The position numbers and the translations under genes were made by a program. A stretch of 64,000 nucleotides of DNA. Origin: Parasitella parasitica NRRL 2501. Its lineage: Eukaryota; Fungi; Mucoromycota. Shown here piece by piece: positions 54,863 to 64,000 of this stretch (positions are counted from its first letter, which is position 1; each line of letters starts with the position of its first letter). Location: positions 63,011 through 127,010 of the forward strand of contig MU619316.1 of NCBI GenBank assembly GCA_025201805.1. Direction: 5' to 3'. Below the pieces are notes generated by a model. That model did not search any database and was not told the DNA's origin. It worked only from the letters and a program-made list of their open reading frames with translations.

Positions 54863-55764
54863 TTATCTTGATCCAAACACTTTACCAATACCACTCGTGA
54901 AGGCCTTCCCTACTAGTCCGCTTGCACCGCTGCTTAGTGACCCCAAGGCAGAGCGAGTAGCCATTCCGGTTGCCCATCTCTTTTTTGCGTCCTTATCGCA
55001 TTGCGTATATCCGTATACGTTGGCCAAATTCAAAGCCAATGCCACGCCAACAATGATCAGCCAAGAGAACTTTAGTGTAATTATACACGAAAACGCAAAC
55101 AAAGCCCACAGTGCTGGTGTGCCATAGAGCGTCCACCAAAACAGACGTGTGTCTGCTGCGTTATTGATTCTACTAGGCTGTACGATGCACACATATTAAT
55201 ATATGGCAACCCCTTAAAATCTTGTTCACTTACGCTAGCACTTTCGAATACCCATTTGTTTGAACCATCGGGTTGGATTTCATTCCACCAACGAAGACCT
55301 ACCAATAATCGACCTGAAATGTTCTTTACAGTCCAGAAATCAAATGCCAAGAGCAAGATGGTGATGACAAAGACAAACGTAAAGTTGTCTGTGAATATAG
55401 AACCTAGCAGATAGGTCAATAAAGCACCCAGTCTAAACGATATAAAGAAGAATGCGGCAATTGGATGGCTATATCAATTGTAGAGTTAGGTTGTATTCCT
55501 AAATCAACCAGATGGTATTCTACCTTGATTGTTCGAAATATTCTCTGATTGTATTACGACTCTCTTCAGGTGCCTGTTGAGCGTTATTGTTGTTGGAGCC
55601 TGCAGTGACAGGCTGAGAAGAGGTGTATCCTGACTCCAAATCTTGGTCTGCCGATATACTAGCAGAATTCTGTAATAAATTGAGTTGGTCTTCCTGCGGC
55701 TATAAAATGTAAGTGTTAGTCAGAGAGTCTTTGGTTGTGCATAGCTGCTGTCTGTAATTACCAT
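54863..55764 (-). CDS. TVP23: Golgi membrane protein Tvp23 (DUF846)
   Basis: [56 protein letters not shown]; ATG-only first exon. Confidence 0.93.
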
Positions 55765-55857
55765 TCCTTCAAGAGAGAAAAAGGGTGATGAAAGAGATAC
55801 ACTGTGCTTTTTTTTTTCAAGTTGCGCTGAACATGAAAGTGCCTTGAGAATGTGCAG

Positions 55858-55926
<69 letters not shown>

Positions 55927-55938
55927 ATAGTAGTAGTT
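55858..55938. repeat. (TAG)n microsatellite, about 26-27 units
   Basis: Direct reading; lies ~95 bp upstream of the TVP23 ATG in the TVP23/UBC4 divergent spacer. Confidence 0.95.
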
Positions 55939-56074
55939 GATAGGTTGCTTTCTTGACAAGCTATACACATATTCGTAGAGCTTACATCAAGATAGACCAA
56001 AGCTTACTGGCTGATGCCATCTAGTTTGAGGGACTCTGATTGAATTTATCGTTGCTCATGTGAATAGCAATTTT

Positions 56075-56139
56075 NNNNNNNNNNNNNNNNNNNNNNNNNN
56101 NNNNNNNNNNNNNNNNNNNNNNNNNNNNNNNNNNNNNNN
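56075..56139. other. Assembly gap (65 N)
   Basis: Run of N. Confidence 0.99.
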
Positions 56140-56536
56140 GATCAAAAGTATTTGAAAGGTTTTGATATGGCATATTTTAGCAATAGACATGGCATCTAAA
56201 TTAAAATTTATTTCCAATAGTGGCAAGTAAAGCATGGCATTTTTTAATCGATATAATCTGCCTAAAATCGACCAAAACTCCCAGACACCGTGCTCCTGTG
56301 TCGCAATCATTTTGCAGGACTCTTTTATGAGCAATGATGCAAGAGACCAGGCAAACGCTGCCGTTTCCCTGGATTTGTAAGACCATCGGGTGTCTTGCAA
56401 TCACCACTATAAAGGCGTAGTGATGGTGTTGCTCTATAATTGAACAACCGCCATTGAGAGTATAAAACAGTTTTTTGGAAGCTGTTTCCACAAACTTCTT
56501 TTTTTTTTCCAGTATAATTTTTTTAAAAAACGAAAA

Positions 56537-57285
<749 letters not shown>

Positions 57286-57424
57286 CTAGCTCAAATCCTT
57301 GTGTTAATGATTCCATTTGCAGGAAAAGTAATGGTGTTAATAAACTACATAGAATTTGCATGTTATACTTTCTTGTTTGTGTGCTTTTTTTATTGATATA
57401 ATAAGAATAGGGGACAGAGGTAGA

Positions 57425-57497
57425 CGTGTGTGTGTCTGTGTGTGTGTGTGAAAGAGAGGGAGGGAGAGGGGAAGGGGGGGGGGAGAGAGAGAGAGGG
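57425..57497. repeat. Compound (GT)n / G-run / (GA)n tract
   Basis: Between the convergent UBC4 and PON-like genes. Confidence 0.85.
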
Positions 57498-57511
57498 ATA
57501 ATTTACATGTT

Positions 57512-58846
57512 TTAAATGTCGCAAACCAACAAACCTTGTTCGTAAAGGCCGGAAACGACCAGCTTTGAGTTTTTAACGTCAAGAGCACCAGTGCTGGAAG
57601 TTCCAAACAAAGAGCCGGTGTCCTGAATCAACGTCTTTGTCTCGCCGGTCTTGATGTCCCACACATCGACTTGCGAAGGCGGCTTAACAAGCAGAGACGG
57701 ATCAGCAGAAGCAATGTATTTGATTAAATCTAATGGCTTTGGATGACCAGCGATGACCAGCAGCTCTTTATCAGCGTAATAGTGGATATTGTCAACAGCC
57801 ATGTTGAACTTGGCTTCAGCAACATGGTCAAGGCGGACATGAGGAATGCCGTCGTCTCTACTAGTGACAATTTTGTACTGCTTAACAGAGCGCTTGTTTG
57901 TTTCAGCAATGAATAAAACATGGTCAGTGCCTGAAACGCCATTAGCGAAATACAAGCCTTCAACGCCCTTTTCGACCTGGCCAGTGACAGCATTGTAAAA
58001 GCCGACATTGCCCCAGTGGAAAAAGTAGGTTTCAAGCTTGCGCAGGATGGGGTGGACAAAATAATGATCATTTGAAAAGAAAAAGGAAGGGATGCCCTCC
58101 GTCGATCTGAATTTGGCGTCTTGGATTACATGGATGCTGTTGGGCGAGTAAATTTCAGCATGATGCACAGTGTGTTTGTGAATCAATGTTACTTGATCGT
58201 CGTCCACATCAAAGAACTCCACAGAAGGGTGCTCAAGGTGAGGCTTATTAATGGCAACAAATGTCCTTTGCTTGGTTCCTGGATGAATATCAAGAGTGAC
58301 GCCCAAAGAATGGAATTTAGCAGAAATGTTGCTCTGCATTTGCATGCTGAACTTTTCAATAGATGCAGGTGTTTCGGCATAATTTACTTTCCAGATGCTT
58401 CCCGGGGGTACAGCTTCTCCAGGAGTCAGTTTGTTGATCCCCATAATATCGTTGTACTGAATCCTAACAGGATCACAGCTGACGTAGGCAACACCTGCTT
58501 CATCAGATAGGACAAAATCTTCACAAGACTTGAAGTCGCTGGGGCCTGGTTATAAGCACGCGTCTAGTGTTTTCTCTGCAAAACACACAAAACACACATT
58601 TACCTTCTATTTTGACACATTCATCGATATTATAATCTTGCACTGTGAGGAACACACCGGAGAGAGGGATAAGCACATCTACATGGTGGACACATCAGCA
58701 ACATTCACACGTTTTATGCCTGTATACAGCGTACATAAAATGGAAGCCACGTAGGCAACGGGAAGAATAACGCCCCAGTACTTTATATGGAACCAAACAT
58801 CCTTGTGAGGTGGAGCTGCTGCTTTTTCGCTGCTTGATGACCCCAT
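57512..58846 (-). CDS. Paraoxonase/arylesterase-like six-bladed beta-propeller with N-terminal membrane anchor (3 exons)
   Basis: ECVKIEG...SCED, SNDHYF, FANGV, AVDNI, AGHP match PON/SGL-family motifs. Confidence 0.85.
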
Positions 58847-58997
58847 ACTGTAGTATTACAGATGAGAGGAAAAAAAGAAGAAATAAGCTTTATTTGCAAT
58901 ATGGTGAAAGCCAATAGCTGTAGCAGGAGGTTGAAATTGGCTCCAATATTAGGGACGTTTGTATGTTATGGTCTAAGCAGGTTATCTCATTGCGTAT

Positions 58998-60089
58998 TTA
59001 AACTTTGGGCTTGAAGCTATTTGAATTTTCTTTGAAATATGCTTCTAGCGTTCTTGGCTTTTGCTTGATAATGAACTCGATATGTTCAACGTGAATGCTT
59101 CCCAGTGTCTTGCTAACCCAATCAAAATAATCTGTAAAAGTTTGAATCTGAACGTCTATCAAATATCTGCGTTATGAGTGCGCGTGTCAGGGCAATCATG
59201 CGTATGCTTTTTTTTTTTTTTTTTTTTTTTTACCTTTGGGAAGGCACAACGCCTTTGTCCTGTACCCGAGGTCTTCTTGGTCCATGTAGACAGCGGATTT
59301 TTCCTTCTTGAGGCGCTCATCAAACCAAATATTACGACGGAGATCTTTGAGGTAACACGCAGTATCCATAGGACGGACCATAAGACAGCGATGCAGCTTG
59401 TATGTTGTTGCGTTAGACATCATCTCGACAATTGATTTGCTAGTTATTGCCTCGGGACCAGTTAGAGTGTACACCTGGCCAGCATGGTAGTCAGTCAAAC
59501 ATGTCATAAGCTCCCCATTTTGTATTATGAATGTGGTAACGGCAGCGCACACATCCGAGATATCCACTGGGCATATCCCAGTGTCTGACTTCAAGGGTAA
59601 CTTTATGTTTCCTGACGCTTCCACTTGATTAGACCACAAATGAAAATACTGCTGAATAAACTCTAATCTCAGAATAACCCAGCTTATACCTTGCATAGAC
59701 ACCAAATGGTCTTCCACCCGGCCATAGTCGTGCAGCGCTTTGTGCTCCTCTGATTGTGCTCCTTGATGGGATAAAAAAATGATGGATTTGACGCCGGATT
59801 TTGATGCCACATTGCAGACGTGCTGACAATGTTCTACTCGATTGGGGTCATTGCTCATAACAAGAACAATTTGGTCAATGTTACGCATGGCTTTGGATAG
59901 ATCGTTTGGATGCGAGTAGTTTACAGGATAGACATCTATACCCTTTTGAGTAAAAGCGAGAAGCCATGGTAGTTTGGTGCTGTTTTCATGGCATAGAACT
60001 CGCAATTCCGAGCACAATCCAGTAAATTGAGACAAGTGAGATGTGATGCAGTAACCCAAATAGTCGTCAGCACAAGTAATGAGTATCAT
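58998..60089 (-). CDS. NmrA-like atypical SDR (Rossmann-fold) protein, 2 exons
   Basis: ILIT-A...G, VNYSHPNDLSKAMRNID, GVKSIIFLS, WVILR, PVDISDV, YTLTGPE, PRTLEAYFKEN. Confidence 0.8.
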
Positions 60090-61421
60090 TTTCTATATTT
60101 AGGGCGAAATGAAGAGAAGATATTGAGGACAAGAAAAACACTGGCCTTTATATACGTAGCAGACAACATAACCACAAGATGCACCAAAAGTTGTGGTCAG
60201 AAATTCAAGCTTTCAGCAACTTGACCCCAAGCTTAAAATAGCTTTTGTTATTTCTGAGCTGTTTCCATACCTGAATCAATCATCAATTCAACGGCTTAAA
60301 TTCTACTGCAAAGCCATCATAGATGCTTGATATATACGCATTTGTGATATTTACACAAGCGAAAACTTGATTGATATCAATCTTTATACGGTCGGCATTC
60401 TCAAAAGACGCAGATAATGAGACAACTGCGTCTTAACCGGACTCATATACAGTACATGGTACACTTATTTATTGATGTTCAAGGCATTGTATTAATTTTT
60501 TTTGTGGTATTCTGTGCTTAATGCGCACCTCTACTAGATGTAATGTTGATCATTATATATTTACATACAATATGTGGATTAAAGTGTTTCCCATGCTATT
60601 AAAGATCTATGTATGGCAACATAGCAATGGGTGCAAATACGTCTCTTGAAAGTCTAGGTATACACAAAAACATAGATGTTAGTAGTCGACATCTTTTTGA
60701 TGCTAACTACACTCTATACTGGGTTCATAATATATGTACGATAGATTACTCTTTACAAGCATCCAATTTTAATCCTGTCAAAGTTGAATGATTTTCAAAC
60801 AATGTACGTATGAACAATCGTAACCACAAGTCTTCAAGCTAAAAAAAAACAGAAAAAAACAAAACAAAACAAAGCTTTGATTATCATTCTGATCAAAATC
60901 TCAATGTTCTACTTGACTCAAATTTATACTTCAATTCCTTTTCCTTCTGCGATGATCAAACCGCCCTTGATTTTCGACAATCGAAAAGATCCACTGAATT
61001 CCATCCTAACTATTATCCTAGTTTTGTTCATTCGAGCAATGAAATGTGCCATCAAGAAAAGCATTGCTCTTTTCAAGAGTCAAGGCCTTGAAGGCTGCAG
61101 TTGAGTGCTGTCAATCCCATGATCGTTTACACAAGTCTTGAGACTGTTAAAGGCACTTAAAAAGCTAATGGTTCTTTTTCTTTTCCATTTCGTCCTTTCT
61201 GTTCAGAGATTAAATTATTCAATTCCTTGAAGAATATCCAGCGCAAGAAACTTGTAAGTATTTACACTCGAAGAAAAGGCGAGCTTCTACGCATTTGGAG
61301 ACACTTGTCGCATTCCGCATCGGTGGATTCGTATTGTCCACCACTTGGAAATTCAAAGATCGCGTGCAATGATTCTTTCTGACACAACCATTATTTTTTT
61401 TATCTCCTTTCCAGTAAAAGA

Positions 61422-62032
61422 ATGTCGTATAATCGCAGAAATCAAAGCTCCAGCACAGCTACTCGCACCGTTTCGTACAGTTCAGGTGGTTTAAATGAGA
61501 GGTATGTAAAAAGAAATGCTTGGCAATAGCAGATTCTTATTTTGTACGCAGATTCAGCAAAATTGTGAAGAGTGCCATGTCAAGCCGTCCATCTGCCGCA
61601 GTAAGCAACAATCACAACACAAACGAAAGCAACAATGGTGGTAGCGTATTCAGTCGACTTCGTGGCGCTAAAAACACAACTCGCGGGCGCGTTGGATCAA
61701 CAAATATTCAGAATCGTTTGGGAAAAACAAATAACGGTGGTATCAAAAAGAGAGGAGGGCCAACCCCAATGAAGGGCATTGAAAAACAAAAAGGCCGAAT
61801 TGCCAAAGCTGCTGCTGGAAAGAAGCAAACTGCAGCAATGAAAAAACAAAGTAAAACGCAATCCCAACCAAAGAAAAAGGACACCAAGAAGCCTGCAACT
61901 GCCGATGATCTTGATAAAGCCCTAGATGCTTACATGATGAAGGATCCTAAAACTGCTCAAGCAAAACTTGATGCTGAACTCACCTCTTATATGGATGAAG
62001 CTGGCGATATTTTGATGGATGACGCTTTGTAA
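61422..62032 (+). CDS. Chtop/FoP-like RNA-binding mRNA-export adaptor
   Basis: N-terminal LNERF, basic RG-containing middle, duplicated C-terminal TADDLDKALDAYM / KLDAELTSYM boxes. Confidence 0.75.
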
Positions 62033-62510
62033 AATATTGCGCTTGCATCAATTAAACAGAAAGACAACAGATCTCATACAAATATACAATGTTAACATAA
62101 TAAAGGGGACTCCGGATATTCATCAAAGCAAACAGTGCACGCATCTTTCTTTCTGTCTGTCTTGACCGACGTCTTATCAAAATGACTACATATCCTTGGT
62201 CAAAGACAAGTAATGCACTTGGCCAAATACACGTTCAATTTCATATTGTTTTGCGAATCGGCTGGCTTCATCAGCAAACATATGGCACCATTGACTGACA
62301 TGTGCTACAACAAGCTTGTTCATAAATTAGATTAGCTCGATTTAAGTTTTCCATGTCTACTGCGGAGAACTCTTTTTGTGTTGTGGATATGTAATGCTTT
62401 TTATCTGTTATCTGCAGTATTCAGAAATAAAAATTAGTGCTGATCTTCTTTTGTTAGCAAGAGCAAATACTTTTAGAAGTGTTGCACACTTGAATGTGAA
62501 AACCTGAACA

Positions 62511-62592
62511 GTGATGAATAATGATAATTTACATGATTCTGTAGATACGGTACATCGGTGTAAACGATTTACTTGTTATGGTCTCAAACTGA
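62511..62592 (+). ncRNA. Weak candidate box C/D snoRNA
   Basis: Box C GTGATGA, box D CTGA; the 18 nt before box D are nearly antisense to conserved 18S TTTGAGGCAATAACAGGT (2 G-U pairs, 1 mismatch). Confidence 0.25.
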
Positions 62593-63172
62593 TTTACAAT
62601 ATCTAATCTCACTCTTGTTAAGGTATTGAACAAAGAGCCCTTCAACTGCTGAAAACACTAGAAAACGTATTTTTTTCTTACTTGATAAACTTGTAAATAC
62701 TTATACTATTTATGGCTACCGAGCATCACAAATAAGCGTTTGAAATAATAATTGATATTAAGGATTTTAATAGAGTATCTAAAGTGATGGATGTTTTTTG
62801 ATTCAATTACCCAGAGACACTTCATCATGATAGATGGAATGAACCTTTTCTGATTCAAGGAACAGCCATCATATTAGAATGTGTGTACATGTTATCAATT
62901 TTTATCCAATGTCATTCAACAATGACACAATATATTGTAGTATATTACGAACAAGCTGTTGTTTTCTAGCTTTCCAAAAGCATACCGTTTCTTCCTAAAA
63001 AGGAATTTTCTTCTTGGAGTGTCAAAACAAATGACCCAAAACAATGCGTTATGAGATCAAACTGACCGAGAATTCTTCATCAAGGGGTGGCTCTGTTTGT
63101 ATATAAATACTTGGATGTATGATCTTCTCTTTCTTTTAATCACCTAAATTTTCCAACTCTCATCTATTTACA

Positions 63173-64000
63173 ATGACCGTCAACAAGCGTCCTTTACCGC
63201 CTACACCCACATCTCCCAGAGCCAAATATGCGTTTGTCAGTGACAACATGCAATCACTGCTTTTAGACACGAACATTGAGAACTTATCAGAAAGAGAAAG
63301 ACGATGGAATATTGATTTAAGCAATTGCCACAAAGCACTAGAGCAAAAAGAGGTATGTCAGTGCACCTCTCTTCCGTACACCCATATCTCAATTGTGGCC
63401 CCTATTTAGTCTATCATTAGTAATTTAAAAACGCTTGTAATGGAATGGAAAAAAAAGGCCATGGATTATGAAAACTCATATAAATGTATAAAGCAAAAAT
63501 TAGAAGGTCTGTAGATGGCAGGATTGCGTACAGTTTGCATTGACTAATACACTGCTGCATAGGCCGAGAGCAATTTTTGATAAAGCAACATCAAGCAGAA
63601 ATTGAGGCGATAACAAAATCACAAACCGATCAAGTTAATGAACACCTTGAATTGATATTAGAACTAGAAAAAGAGAACCGAGCATTGAAAGCCAAGCAAG
63701 AACGTCCACAACAAGAGATGCAACAATTGCTACCAAACTCTAACAGTCTAACTAACATTTACAAGAGTAGCACAACCCAATTGTGCAACGAAGCTCAGGT
63801 AAAACCCACTACACATTCAAAAAGTAACCAGCGTATGTATACTTATGTTCTACTTTAGATTGCAAATCAACTTGCTAGTGAGTCTGTTGTATGTAATAGA
63901 GATGATTCAGATTACTTAATACAAAGTATCAATGTAAGCATTTACTGTTATACAAACCACTTGAACAGATACTCATGAATAATAGGAAATGGTACATGCA
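63173..64000 (+). CDS. Hypothetical coiled-coil protein, multi-exon, truncated by window end
   Basis: ORFs 63173-63409 and 63577-63858 plus intervening GT-AG-bounded exons; heptad-like ELILELEKENRALK. Confidence 0.6.

Noticed and set aside
55720-56000. Poly-Tyr and poly-Thr ORFs
   Set aside because: Translations of the (TAG)n microsatellite.
60860-61320. Possible ncRNA or pseudogene (10-nt match antisense to 18S, CTGTCAATCC; U1-like ATACTTAC on the minus strand)
   Set aside because: No box C, no U1 continuation and no recognisable protein motif; matches are short enough to be chance.

Overview
Eukaryotic, AT-rich, gene-dense fungal DNA with many short GT-AG introns, most consistent with a Mucorales genome (inferred from gene content and intron style; species not identifiable by eye). 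The ORF track fragments most genes, so spliced models were rebuilt by hand. About 22 intact protein genes in order: HNT1, a Coa1/Tim21-like protein, a peroxisomal 4CL-like ligase, a DHA2 MFS pump, RHO1, POP4, PKC1, a head-to-head pair of HSPA12-type atypical Hsp70s, CWC23, TIF6, head-to-head RPL28/RPS16, a GPI-anchored Kre9/Knh1-like protein, FKS1, kinesin-3, a Zn2Cys6 factor, TVP23, UBC4, a paraoxonase-like protein, an NmrA-like protein, a Chtop/FoP-like protein and a partial coiled-coil gene. Also present are one tRNA-Pro(AGG), a young Tc1/IS630 transposon with 69-bp TIRs (interior mostly an assembly gap), TE relics and two decayed PD-(D/E)xK-like genes. Best leads: (1) the divergent lid-less Hsp70 pair, flanked by a J-domain gene and nuclease-like/TE debris; (2) physical linkage of the cell-wall-integrity core Rho1-Pkc1-Fks1 plus a Kre9-like GPI protein; (3) a natural Pro->Ala change in Fks hot spot 1; (4) an acidic Pkc1 pseudosubstrate; (5) a paraoxonase lacking the His dyad. 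All functional statements come from motif recognition, not database searches.
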